This document shows positions 1 through 11,458 of a stretch of 64,000 nucleotides of DNA, one piece after another (position 1 is the first letter of the stretch; the number at the start of each line of letters is the position of its first letter). Location: contig CATNEN010000029.1 of NCBI GenBank assembly GCA_950097015.1, forward strand, positions 6,758,001 to 6,822,000. The letters are read 5' to 3'. A program made the translations under genes and the position numbers. The DNA is from Macrostomum hystrix (Eukaryota > Animalia > Platyhelminthes). Under the pieces are notes generated by a model. That model did no database searches. It saw only the letters and a program-made list of their open reading frames with translations, and had not been told where the DNA came from.

Positions 1-148
1 GGTACTTTTCGGGAGCAGCCGAGAGTTGAGCAGCAGGTGTGCAGCTTGTACGAGAAGCAGCAAATTTCTGGCGAAGCGCAAATTGAAATCTGTTCCGCAC
101 TTTGTGTATAGCAGGTTTTTATGTTCACTGCCATCCAAGTTACCACGA

Positions 149-221
149 GCCCCAGTGGCGCAATGGATAGCGCGTCGGACTTCTAATCCGGAGGTTGAGG
201 GTTCGAGTCCCTCCCGGGGTG
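149..221 (+). tRNA. tRNA-Arg(UCU) copy 1 (variant)
   Basis: 73-nt cloverleaf GCCCCAG-TG-GCGC/AATGGATA/GCGC-G-TCGGA/CT-TCT-AA/TCCGG-AGGTT-GAGGG/TTCGAGT/CCCTC-CCGGGGT-G. One acceptor-stem substitution (A6:C67 mismatch) relative to the other copies. T7 Pol III terminator about 7 nt downstream. Confidence 0.93.
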
Positions 222-390
222 CTGAGGTTTTTTTGTACATTGAAGCTTGTATCTTTACTCGCAATTCCACACATGTTTCCATCTAATCTTAGCGCCATTA
301 CCACCGGAACGAGATTGGACACGATCTCATACCTATTGTCGCATCATCTACCGCACACATGTTCTACTGATGTAGCTCGTAGATTGTTTG

Positions 391-441
391 CCCCAGAAGG
401 GATTCGAGCCATTAACCTCCGTATTACAAGTCCGGCGTGGA
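391..441 (-). pseudogene. Decayed tRNA-Arg relic (3' two-thirds only)
   Basis: ccccagaagggattcgagccattaacctccgtattacaagtccggcg aligns to the reverse complement of the tRNA with many substitutions; D-arm not recognisable. Confidence 0.6.
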
Positions 442-734
442 CTCACAAAAGACGTGATTGTGATAGTCAAGCTTTTAGAGAATTCGTCACTTTCTTTATC
501 GAGCATTTCTGAAGCGTCGTCAAACTAATATCTGACCCACAACAATAATTTAATTAGCAAGGAGTTCATTGTCAACAATCTTCTAGGTCTGAGTGTGTAA
601 ACAAAACTTAACAGCGACTAACATTGACACAACAGTTCCTTTGAAACTGTTTAAAGCAGTATATTTAGCGTTTTCAATCGTTTACATTGTTTAAAAAGAC
701 TTTTTACACAACATGTAAGCATGGCGCACGCTAT

Positions 735-1350
735 CTGCAGGTGAGCAGCCAGTCTCACACCAGCCAGGTGCAGTTGAGCAGCCAGTCTCACACCAGCCAG
801 CTGCAGATGAGCAGCCAGTCTCACACCAGCCAGCTGCATGTGAGCAGCCAGTCTCACACCAACCAGCTGCAGGTGAGCAGCCAGTATCACACCAGCCAGC
901 TGCAGGTGAGCAGCCAGTCTCACACCAGCCAGCTGCAGGTGAGCAGCCAGTCTCACACCAGCCAGCTGCAGATGAGCAGCCAGTCTCACACCAGCCAGCT
1001 GCATGTGAGCAGCCAGTCTCACACCAGCCAGCTGCAGGTGAGCAGCCAGTCTCACACCAGCCAGCTGCAGGTGAGCAGCCAGTCTCACACCAGCCAGCTG
1101 CAGGTGAGCAGCCAGTCTCACACCAGCCAGCTGCAGATGAGCAGCCAGTCTCACACCAGCCAGCTGCATGTGAGCAGCCAGTCTCACACCAGCCAGCTGC
1201 AGGTGAGCAGCCAGTCTCACACCAGCCAGCTGCAGGTGAGCAGCCAGTCTCACACCAGCCAGCTGCAGGTGAGCAGCCAGTCTCACACCAGCCAGCTGCA
1301 GGTGAGCAGCCAGTCTCACACCAGCCAGCTGCATGTGAGCAGCCAGTCTC
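735..1350. repeat. 33-bp minisatellite, ~18.5 units (ctgcaggtgagcagccagtctcacaccagccag)
   Basis: Direct inspection; gives the 11-aa periodicity of three overlapping ORFs. Abuts the stop codon of the zinc-finger ORF. Confidence 0.95.
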
Positions 1351-2425
1351 AATGTAGCGAGCTGCCGCAGGCTCCGTCACTTCGGCGCGAGTGTCGGCTG
1401 ACGCCTGCCGCGGTCAGAAACACTCGGCCACAGCGCAGACAGGGAAAGACCCGACCGGTGCCCGAGCGACCAAGGCGCTGCAGCACGTGACGCATCACGT
1501 GATCATTTCGGCTTCGTGGCGGCTGCGGCAGTCGGCTGGCTTCGTCGGCGCAGATGCTGCAGTCGCCGCTGCTGGGCACGTGGGAGCTGATGTGCCGCTC
1601 TAGGCTGACCAGGTCCCGCAGTGGCTGCTCAGAGCAGCGCCGAAGGCAGCAGGTGAAGGACCTGGACTGCTGCATTGTCGTCTGAGATGTCGACGTTGAT
1701 TGCAGTGTTAAGGACGGAGTAGACCAAGATGATGATTGGCTGAATCGAGTAAAATCTGACATTGCTGACATGTCCGCAGACATTGGCACAGACATTGGCG
1801 CAGACATCGGCACAGACAGTGGCACAGACAGTGGCACAGACAGTGGCACAGACAGTGGCGAAGACATTGGCGCAGACATCGGCACAGACAGTGGCACAGA
1901 CAGTGGCACAGACAGTGGCACAGACAGTGGCACAGACAGTGGCGCAGACATCGGCACAGACAGTGGCGAAGACAGTTGCGCAGACATCGGCACAGACAGT
2001 GGCGAAGACATCGGCACAGACAGTGGCGCAGACATCGGCACAGACAGTGGCGAAGACAGTTGCGCAGACATCGGCACAGACAGTGGCGCAGACATCGGCA
2101 CAGACAGTGGCGCAGAAATCGGCACAGACAGTGGCGCAGACATCGGCACAGACAGTTGCGCAGACATCGGCACAGACAGTGGCGCAGACATCGGCACAGA
2201 CAGTGGCGAAGACAGTGGCACAGACAGTGGCGCAGACATTGGCACAGACAGTGGCGCAGACATTGGCGCGGTGATATGCTGCAAAGCATGCCGAAAAGCC
2301 CTCAGCCTGCAGACGAACTTCAGGCTGCAGAAGCCGCAGGCGGGATGGCCGGCCCGGACTGTCAGCAGACGGGCAGCCATCGATTGGCAGCTTGATGAAG
2401 CCGGAGGATGCTGACTGGGCTGCAT
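1349..2425 (-). CDS. C2H2-type zinc-finger protein (4 fingers) with an internal PLSV/PMSA repeat
   Basis: CGFC-x12-H-x3-H; C-x4-C-x13-H-x3-H; CSIC-x16-H-x3-H; FPCLRCGRVF-x5-V-x2-H (last ligand atypical, possibly Cys). 358-aa ORF; in-frame stop upstream at 2498-2500. Confidence 0.7.
   Translation of the reverse strand: MQPSQHPPASSSCQSMAARLLTVRAGHPACGFCSLKFVCRLRAFRHALQHITAPMSAPLSVPMSAPLSVPLSSPLSVPMSAPLSVPMSAQLSVPMSAPLSVPISAPLSVPMSAPLSVPMSAQLSSPLSVPMSAPLSVPMSSPLSVPMSAQLSSPLSVPMSAPLSVPLSVPLSVPLSVPLSVPMSAPMSSPLSVPLSVPLSVPLSVPMSAPMSVPMSADMSAMSDFTRFSQSSSWSTPSLTLQSTSTSQTTMQQSRSFTCCLRRCSEQPLRDLVSLERHISSHVPSSGDCSICADEASRLPQPPRSRNDHVMRHVLQRLGRSGTGRVFPCLRCGRVFLTAAGVSRHSRRSDGACGSSLH
1775..2268. repeat. 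12-bp minisatellite, ~41 units (gacagtggcaca variants), inside the ZnF ORF
   Basis: Direct inspection; frame-preserving, located between finger 1 and finger 2. Confidence 0.95.
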
Positions 2426-3249
2426 TGCGAAGGCGATGGCTCTGGATGAGACTGTAGACTCAACGGTCGAATAGATGATAGACTTGATGACGATTCGCTA
2501 ATTGCGCATGCTTTATGCTGCAGCTCAGCCTGGGTCCACAGCTCTGCAGCCAATAGGAGAGCAGCTGTGACGTCATCGGGCAACGCCGAATAGTCTATGG
2601 TCTAGATCAGTCATTGGTCGACAGTTTCACGAGCTCAGGGGAGGCATCCTCTCCAGTTAGAACTAACCATTGTTATCATCTGCCTAGCAACTATTCAAGG
2701 TAGGTCAGCCAAAGGTGTTCACACCTGTAAATGGATTTGAAATCCGAAATTTACAACTGTTTAGCAAGCGAGTCAGGCTGCAGACTCGCATGGTCTCAGC
2801 TGAGAACATCTGGAGTACACGCTGAGTACCCGCTGAGTTCACTGCGAATTGGCGGTCAGACATTGTTGCTGAGTAGCAACTGACTGTCTGATAACTGACT
2901 CATGGATGGACAGCGAATCGGACTCAGGGCTGGGCACACCTGGGTGAATCCAAAGGAAGAGGAAAATGGAGTTGTCCTCACTCAGCCAGGTTGCCATGGT
3001 GATGCAATGACAGTCACCAGATTGCGCTTAATGGGGTCATACGGCTGTTGGGTCATAGAGAGCAGGGGGAGAAAGGGAGAGGAACAGAGAAGTGTGGGTG
3101 ACAAATTAAAATGATGAGGGGTAAATCTCAGCTGAGCAAGCAAAGGCTATGATGTTTAAAATATATAAATGTATTTAAATTTGTTTTAACACAAACTTTG
3201 TTTTTGAACTTCTTATTGCTGACTGAAAGTAATGCCAAAATATGACGAT

Positions 3250-3322
3250 CACCCCAGGAGGGACTCGAACCCTCAACCTCCGGATTAGAAGTCCGACGCG
3301 CTATCCATTGCGCCACTGGGGC
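3250..3322 (-). tRNA. tRNA-Arg(UCU) copy 2
   Basis: Reverse complement of the 73-nt cluster consensus; T4 terminator downstream. Confidence 0.96.
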
Positions 3323-3576
3323 TCACATTCAAGTGGCTTTGAAAGTGCTAAAATGAACCATAAAATTCTTGAATCAGCACTTGCTTCAGTTTTAGAACCA
3401 CAAAAATTGACAGATCAACAGCAACAGCTGAGCAGCTCTGAGCTCACACAAGCCAACAGGCACTCAGGAACTCACAGCTGGCCAATGATCAATAGCCCCA
3501 TTGTACTGAAGCTCAGCTAGTGACAAACTGTGAGGTGAGGAAAATAAATCATCGATTCCCCATCCTCTCCGCATCC

Positions 3577-4810
3577 TGATCTCCCATTCTCATGTCTCAC
3601 TGATCTCCCATTCTCATGTCTCACTGATCTCCCAGTCTCATGTCTCACTGATCTCCCATTCTCATGTCTCACTGATCTCCCATTCTCATGTCTCACTGAT
3701 CTCACATTCTCATGTCTCACTGATCTCTCATTCTCATGTCTCACTGATCTCTCATTCTCATGTCTCACTGATCTCCCATTCTCATGTCTCACTGATCTCT
3801 CATTCTCATGTCTCACTGATCTCCCAGTCTCATGTCTCACTGATCTCCCATTCTCATGTCTCACTGATCTCCCATTCTCATGTCTCACTGATCTCCCATT
3901 CTCATGTCTCACTGATCTCCTATTCTCATGTCTCACTGATCTCCCATTCTCATGTCTCACTGATCTCCCATTCTCATGTCTCACTGATCTCCCATTCTCA
4001 TGTCTCACTGATCTCCCATTCTCATGTCTCACTGATCACCCATTCTCATGTCTTACTGATCTCCCATTCTCATGTCTCACTGATCTCCCATTCTCATGTC
4101 TCACTGATCTCCCATTCTCATGTCTCACTGATCTCCTATTCTCATGTCTCACTGATCTCCCATTCTCATGTCTCACTGATCTCCCATTCTCATGTCTCAC
4201 TGATCTCCCATTCTCATGTCTCACTGATCTCCTATTCTCATGTCTCACTGATCTCCCATTCTCATGTCTCACTGATCTCCCATTCTCATGTCTCACTGAT
4301 CTCCCATTCTCATGTCTCACTGATCACCCATTCTCATGTCTTACTGATCTCCCATTCTCATGTCTCACTGATCTCCTATTCTCATGTCTCACTGATCTCC
4401 CATTCTCATGTCTCACTGATCTCCCAGTCTCATGTCTCACTGATCTCCCATTCTCATGTCTCACTGATCTCCCATTCTCATGTCTCACTGATCTCCCATT
4501 CTCATGTCTCACTGATCTCCTATTCTCATGTCTCACTGATCTCCCATTCTCATGTCTCACTGATCTCCCATTCTCATGTCTCACTGATCTCCCATTCTCA
4601 TGTCTCACTGATCTCCCATTCTCATGTCTCACTGATCACCCATTCTCATGTCTTACTGATCTCCCATTCTCATGTCTCACTGATCTCCCATTCTCATGTC
4701 TCACTGATCTTACATTCTCATGTCTCACTGATCTCCCATTCTCATGTCTCACTGATCTCCTATTCTCATGTCTCACTGATCTCCCATTCTCATGTCTCAC
4801 TGATCTCCTA
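3577..4810. repeat. 24-bp minisatellite, ~51 units (ctgatctcccattctcatgtctca)
   Basis: Direct inspection; source of the RHENGRSV / SHSHVSLI pseudo-ORFs. Confidence 0.97.
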
Positions 4811-5019
4811 TTTTCCTGATTCACTGATTTAAAATTTCAGAATTCGAAATGTTAACATGCAATGCGACTCCCGGTAATTGTCTCGTGTATTTTAAATTCC
4901 CTGTCACTGTTTCGTGAGCAGCCGAGAGTTGAGCAGCAGGTGTGCAGATTTTAGCAGAAGCAGCACATTTCTGACAAATGTTAACTGAAATTGGTTAGGC
5001 AACTGAAGTTGAGCAGACA

Positions 5020-5092
5020 GCCCCAGTGGCGCAATGGATAGCGCGTCGGACTTCTAATCCGGAGGTTGAGGGTTCGAGTCCCTCCTGGGGTG
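5020..5092 (+). tRNA. tRNA-Arg(UCU) copy 3
   Basis: 73-nt consensus cloverleaf, anticodon TCT; T4 downstream. Confidence 0.96.
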
Positions 5093-5815
5093 TTACGAGC
5101 TCATTTTGAACAGCTTTGGACTTTTTTGATTCCACGCATTTATCAAATCTTTGCGCAATTATCACATTACTGAGATTTGACACAGTCTATTGTCCTCGCA
5201 TCTACGCACACATGATCTACTGATATCTAATGTATCACCACTGATTTTGCCTTTGATTTCGGGATGTGGAATCGAAACAATTCAAAGCCAGCATGCTGGT
5301 TTTTAGAGTCACAGATTTTGAGCTGTAATGAGTAGCTATTTGAGGTGCAATACAGACACAGACTGTCTATGACATCATTTCGCACTTTTTATCTACTCTA
5401 GCACATTTCAAAGGCTCAAATGCATTTTGGCAATCTCGGAGATTCAGCCGCGTGTGATTGCGAAATAAAACTCTGTCTTAGCAGAGGTGTGAGCAATCGG
5501 AACAATGACTGTTCGTTATCCCAATCACATTGTCCTCTGAGGTCAGTTGCACACTTCTCAATATCTCATGGACAGGGTAATTGTCCATTTTGAGGAAATA
5601 AAATCATGGCTAGAGGCCCGCCATTGCGCAACTGATGGGTCTGATTCCCAATCCCATTGTTTCTAACGCTTCTTCACACCAGACAGCATCCTAAACATGA
5701 CTTGCGGCTTCCACCGAATCTCAAAAGTGCATTTAAAAACATATTTGCTAATGTTTAACTATCAACAATTAGAACAATAAAAACATGACAGATTTACTCA
5801 GTGCCTCGTGATGAA

Positions 5816-6415
5816 CAGAGAGAGTGGGACAGAGAGTGGGACAGAGAGAGTGGGACAGAGAGAGTGGGACAGAGAGAGTGGGACAGAGAGAGTGGGACAG
5901 AGAGTGGGACAGAGAGTGGGACAGAGAGAGTGGGACAGAGAGTGGGACAGAGAGTGGGACAGAGAGAGTGGGACAGAGAGAGTGGGACAGAGAGAGTGGG
6001 ACAGAGAGAGTGGGACAGAGAGTGGGACAGAGAGTGGGACAGAGAGAGTGGGACAGAGAGTGGGACAGAGAGTGGGACAGAGAGAGTGGGACAGAGAGTG
6101 GGACAGAGAGAGTGGGACAGAGAGTGGGACAGAGAGAGTGGGACAGAGAGAGTGGGACAGAGAGAGTGGGACAGAGAGAGTGGGACAGAGAGAGTGGGAC
6201 AGAGAGAGTGGGACAGAGAGAGTGGGACAGAGAGTGGGACAGAGAGAGTGGGACAGAGAGAGTGGGACAGAGAGAGTGGGACAGAGAGAGGGGGACAGAG
6301 AGAGTGGGACAGAGAGAGTGGGACAGAGAGAGTGGGACAGAGAGAGTGGGACAGAGAGTGGGACAGAGAGTGGGACAGAGAGAGTGGGACAGAGAGAGTG
6401 GGACAGAGAGAGTGG
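5816..6415. repeat. Mixed 12/14-bp minisatellite (gagagtgggaca / gagagagtgggaca)
   Basis: Direct inspection; inverted, shorter copy at 12292-12557. Confidence 0.95.
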
Positions 6416-6501
6416 TCAGGCAGTGTAAAAAAGAACTTTGAAAGATAAAGGACATCATTGAAGGACGAATCGATTGTTAGATTAGCAAAAATGTGCCTTG
6501 C

Positions 6502-6574
6502 CACCCCAGGAGGGACTCGAACCCTCAACCTCCGGATTAGAAGTCCGACGCGCTATCCATTGCGCCACTGGGGC
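6502..6574 (-). tRNA. tRNA-Arg(UCU) copy 4
   Basis: Reverse complement of the consensus; T5 downstream. Confidence 0.96.
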
Positions 6575-6944
6575 TCGCGGTAACCTGTGTGGCAGTGAAT
6601 ATAAAAAATTGTCAAACTTGGGGCAGACTCAGCGAAGTGCAGAGTTCTTACCAAGCCGCCAACTCAGGAGCAGCTGAGCTGCTCAAGAATCTTACGACTC
6701 AGACACACCTGGCACAGAGTTTCTTGACGACTGTAGCTATGGTCATATTTGCAGCTTTAATAATTAATTTGGCTTGCTAAGATTTTTATCCTCTGTATCA
6801 AAACAAGTCACTAAAGCAGAGAGATGCAAATAAATCAACAATTAGGAAATATCACAGAGATATTCGAAGACGCAGCAGGTTCAGCAGGGTTCGGTGGGAC
6901 TGAGAGTAACGGAGAGATGAGTGGAATAGAGAGATATAAGAATA

Positions 6945-7208
6945 GAGAGGAGAGAATGGGGAGAACACAGAAACAAGCGAGTGAGAATAGAGAGGAGAGA
7001 GTAGAGAGAACACAGAAACAAGAGGGGTGAGAATAGAGAGGAGAGAGTAGAGAGAACACAGAAACAAGAGGGGTGAGAATAGATAGGAGAGAGTAGAGAG
7101 AACACAGAGACAAGAGGGTGAGAATAGAGAGGAGAGAGTAGAGAGAACACAGAGACAAGAGGGTGAGAATAGAGAGGAGAGAGGAGAGAGAACACAGAAA
7201 CAAGAGGG
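6945..7208. repeat. GA-rich ~45-46-bp tandem repeat, ~5-6 units
   Basis: gagaatagagaggagagagtagagagaacacagaaacaagaggggt repeated. Confidence 0.85.
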
Positions 7209-7213
7209 GTGTC

Positions 7214-7795
7214 GCTCATGTCTCACTGATCTCCCATTCTCATGTCTCACTGATCTCACATTCTCATGTCTCACTGATCTCACATTCTCATGTCTCACTG
7301 ATCTCCCATTCTCATGTCTCACTGATCTCCCATTCTCATGTCTCACTGATCTCACATTCTCATGTCTCACTGATCTCACATTCTCATGTCTCACAGGTCT
7401 CCCGTTCTCATGTCTCACTGATCTCCCATTCTCATGTCTCACTGATCTCCCATTCTAATTTCTCACTGATCTCCCATTCTCAAGTCTCACTGATCTCCCA
7501 TTCTCATGTCTCACTGATCTCCCATTCTCATGTCTTACTGATCTCCCATTCTCATGTCTCACTGATCTTACATTCTCATGTCTCACTGATCTCCCATTCT
7601 CATGTCTCACTGATCTCCCAGTCTCATGTCTCACTGATCTCTCATTTTCATGTCTCACTGATCTCACATTCTAATGTCTCACTGATCTCCCATTCTCATG
7701 TCTCACTGATCTCCCAGTCTCATGTCTCACTGATCTCACATTCTCATGTCTCTTTCATTCTAATGACTCACTTATCTCCCATTTCCCTGATTCAC
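7214..7795. repeat. 24-bp minisatellite, second array (~24 units, more diverged)
   Basis: Same unit as 3577-4810, followed by a ~200-nt flank homologous to that of tRNA copy 3. Confidence 0.93.
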
Positions 7796-7986
7796 TGATT
7801 TTAAATTTTAGATTTCAAACTGCTAACACACGAGCTATAATGTGACTCGCAGTGCATTTCAATGTCCCTGTCACTTTTCGTGAGCAGCCGATAGTTGAGC
7901 AGCAGGTGTGCAGATTTTAGCTGAAGCAGCACATTTCTGGCAAATCGTTAACTGAAATTGGTTCCGCAGCTGGAGTTGAGCAGACA

Positions 7987-8059
7987 GCCCCAGTGGCGCA
8001 ATGGATAGCGCGTCGGACTTCTAATCCGGAGGTTGAGGGTTCGAGTCCCTCCTGGGGTG
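7987..8059 (+). tRNA. tRNA-Arg(UCU) copy 5
   Basis: 73-nt consensus; T5 downstream. Confidence 0.96.
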
Positions 8060-8363
8060 TTTAAATCTTTTGGAGCCAGCAAAGTTTTGCTGATGCACAC
8101 TCTATTCCATTACTCTATTATCACATTATACCACACTTAGAGTTGCTAACATCTCTTTTTAGCAATTCATGTTATCGTATGCTGCAAGTGCAAATATTTG
8201 CCTAGATGTCTACTCATTTTTGGATGCTTTCCCAGTCAAAGACAAGATAATAGCATTCCTAGGTTGTTGTCACGCGACCCAATTTGAGAAGAAAATGGAC
8301 AATACTTGGAGCTGAGAACACCTGGAACGACCATTTCGCTAGCAACTGAGCGAGGGTTTGATG

Positions 8364-8805
8364 GGACAGCGGATCAGCAGCTGAGAACAGCTGTGGGATA
8401 ACTCACTGTCGCTGAGCAGTCACTGACTCGTTAGGACAGCGGATCAGCAGCTGAGAACAGCTGTGGGATAACTCGCTGTCGCTGAGCAGTAACTGACTCG
8501 TTAGGACAGCGGATCAGCAGCTGAGAACAGCTGTGGGATAACTCGCTGTCGCTGAGCAGTCACTGACTCGTTAGGACAGCCGATCAGCAGCTGAGAACAG
8601 CTGTGGGATAACTCGCTGTCGCTGAGCAGTCACTGACTCGTTAGGACAGCGGATCAGCAGCTGAGAACAGCTGTGGGATAACTCGCTGTCGCTGAGCAGT
8701 CACTGAGTCGTTAGGACAGCGGATCAGCAGCTGAGAACAGCTGTGGGATAACTCGCTGTCGCTGAGCAGTCACTGACTCGTTAGGACAGCGGATCAGCAG
8801 CTGAG
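8364..8805. repeat. 70-bp tandem repeat, ~6.3 units
   Basis: ggacagcggatcagcagctgagaacagctgtgggataactcgctgtcgctgagcagtcactgactcgtta repeated with a 70-nt period. Confidence 0.95.
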
Positions 8806-9400
8806 TGACCTTTGCCGCAGTAGCTACGCTGATCTGATTGTGTGGACCGTTGGAATCCAGCAGGTCACTCCCACAAGAAGTTAAGCAGAGTGGTAGACAC
8901 GCCGGTGAATTGAAGGTGCAAATAGTGAATTTAGCTCAACTTTGCCTCATTTTAGCCCAATTTGTGTCACCAGTCACATGTCGCATTGTTCATTAAGCTC
9001 AACCCATTCTGACTACTATGACAATATGACAATCATTATGCTTGCGACTTCGGCAGTAAAAAGCAATGCATTACTATTTTCACACCTCGGAGGGAATCGC
9101 ACTGAATGCTCGCCTTGAAGATTGAGAATAGAAATTAACCACATTTCCTTGAGAGCCTGAAGGGACTGGGGCAGCCGACACGCACTCTCAGGCCAGGCTC
9201 TGGCGGAGTGGGGTGGCTGTCCAGTCTCAGCCAATAAGACGCCAGCTCGATGCTCATTGGCTGATCGGATCAGCCACGAATCTCATTTAATTAGTACTAA
9301 GCAAATATCTGAGAAGCCACTCCTCATCTTTAGAACAGAAGCCACCGTCAAGCAGACCACTGCCCACTCATTCCAACAGACTCTCCAAGCAACAAAGACA

Positions 9401-10770
9401 ATGCAGCAACTCGCTGAGCTGGAAGCAACCGTCAGACTGGACTTGTTCCTGAGCAGCGCGGCCATTGGCGAGGAGCTGCCGGACCTGAGGAACTTCGACA
9501 TTGAGGTGAGCAGCTTGCCGACAAGTGCTTGAATTGGCTGGTGACAAATGCGATTCTTTATGTGACAGGTGTAAAAGGTGTGACTGGTGTGACTGTTTTC
9601 ACTGGTGTGACTAATGTGCCTGGTGTGACAGGTGTGACAAGTACGAGGTAGGCCTATGACTGTTATGAATGATGTGACTGCTGTGACTGTTGTGACCACT
9701 AGGCCTTATGATGATGTGATTAGGCCTAGGCCTAGTGTGATCAGGTAAAATGGCATTGCAAATAATATCAGCAGCATCACGTGACCAACACGCAGGAGTT
9801 CCTCCAAGATCTGAGCTCACTGGAGCACAGCAGCGGAGACAGTACCAACTTCTGCAGCTTCACTGGTTGCCATGGCGATGGCTCTGAAGCAGCTGTCAAA
9901 GCCCTGGAGGACATCGGGGCGACTCAGGCGCCGGACACAGCGATAGTTTCTGGGGCTGCAGGATATCAGAGGTGAGCAGCTTGACTGAATACTGGGGAGC
10001 TCTGCATTCCACCCTTTACTCATCCTCTGCTCCCTCTTCCTTCCTCCTCTATGATCTTTTCTCTCCATCCGAGTCTCTCACTTTCTCCTGTCCTCTCTCT
10101 GTTCGCCACTGTCCTCTCTCCTCTCTTCCCTGCCCTCTCTCCTTTCTCCCCTGCCCTCTCTCCTCTCTTCCCTGCCCTCTCTCCTTTCTCCCCTGCCCTC
10201 TCTCCTCTCTTCCCTGCCCTCTCTCCTTTCTCCCCTGCCCTCTCTCCTCTCTTCCCTGCTCTATCTCCTTTCTCCCCTGCCCTCTCTCCCCTCTAACGTT
10301 GCCCTCTATTATCTCTAGCCTGTCCTCTCTCCTCTCTTCCCTGCCCTCTCTCACCTCTACTCTGCGCATTCTCATTTTTCTCCAGCCTCTTTTCCCGTCC
10401 CCTGCCCCGTGTCGTTTCATCCCCTCTTCACAATTCTCGCACCGCATCCAACTTAACAGTTTCTAGTCAAGTAGGAAAAAAAGTTTCAAAAACTAAGAAA
10501 AATGTATTTCAAACTTTGAAACGCAGGCAATTTTCCACTGAAAATAATCAGCTGCATCATCCTCAGCAGCATCAGCAGCAGCAGCAGCAAAAGCATCAGC
10601 AACAGCAGCAGCATCAGCAGCAGCAGCAGCAACAGCATCAGCAGCAGCAGCAGCAAAAGCATCAGCAACAGCAGCAGCATCAGCAGCAGCAGCAGCAACA
10701 GCATCAGCAGCAGCAGCAGCTGCATCATCCTCAGCAGCATCAGCAACAGCAGCAGCAGCAGCATCAGCAA

Positions 10771-10803
<33 letters not shown>

Positions 10804-10929
10804 CATCATCAGCAGCAGCAGCTGCATCAGCAACAGCAGCATCAGCAACAGCAGCAGCAGCGAAGGAGCCAGCGCCTGGCAGCTCGGAGCGCACAGCCGG
10901 CCAGACCCTCATGCCTGTGCTGCAGCTGA
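9401..10929 (+). CDS. Predicted three-exon gene, ~227 aa: acidic N-terminus plus polyQ/H tract. Exons 9401-9505, 9796-9971, 10527-10929
   Basis: ATG with A at -3. Both donors are GAG|GTGAGC and both acceptors ACGCAG|G. Intron phases 0 and 2 join the exons in one open frame: MQQLAELE...NFDIE|EFLQDL...GYQ R|QFSTENNQLHHPQQH...RRSQRLAAR...CCS*. Confidence 0.62.
10111..10360. repeat. CT-rich 21-bp repeat in predicted intron 2 of the polyQ gene
   Basis: ctctctcctctcttccctgcc / ctctctcctttctcccctgcc alternate. Confidence 0.85.
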
Positions 10930-11458
10930 GCCTTCAGCACTGAACCTGCCAGCCTGGTTCAGGTAAATTCTGTCCTTCACGACCAGCCACTCAAATGTCC
11001 CAGTTGATTCAAAGTGTGTATTGCCCTATTTTGAGTAGGCAGTGTGTGCTGTCAGGACTTTGCCATATCAGTGTAAATGCATTTTCAGTAGTAAAATGAC
11101 CGATGCCCACCTGTAAATAAAATTGATTTGTTTTCAAAGCAGATGGATGACCTCACAAGCAGCCGTTTTGGATTCTCTTGTGCTGAAAAAGTTTTAAGCG
11201 TCCTATTTGTTTGCAGATGATACTCAAAATAAACGGATCAAGCAAATGGCTGTTTTCTGGCACAGAAAAAAGTTTTCCCAGATAAATAAATGTTTTTGCT
11301 TCTTGAGTTCAATAAAACACATATCTATTCGATCAAGATCAACTTTATACTCCTGCAAAACAATCAAGAAGTGACAGAGTCATTGCACTGATTCACTCAT
11401 TCAGATCAGAAGGTTTGAAATAAAATAAAAGTACAAGCGATGAAAAAAGGGCTCTCGA

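Larger units (their letters stand above)
735..6790. repeat. Left arm of a large inverted duplication
   Basis: tRNA copies 2/3/4, their flanks, four minisatellites and the ZnF 5' region recur in reverse complement at ~11905-15781. The ORF track shows mirrored peptides (2902..3114 vs 14784..14996; 6589..6780 vs 11924..12118). Confidence 0.92.

Noticed and set aside
2990-9879. gttgccatgg(t/c)gat at 2990 and 9866 as RFX X-boxes
   Set aside because: The right half lacks the AAC of the consensus and the second site is inside a predicted coding exon; insufficient support.
10486-10912. PolyL and polyA antisense ORFs over the CAG tract
   Set aside because: Expected by-products of a CAG repeat; splice phases support only the plus-strand polyQ frame.
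11401-11415. cagatcagaaggtt, resembling a tRNA-Trp anticodon/variable arm, next to the pseudogene
   Set aside because: Only ~14 nt, with no flanking stems or boxes; probably chance.
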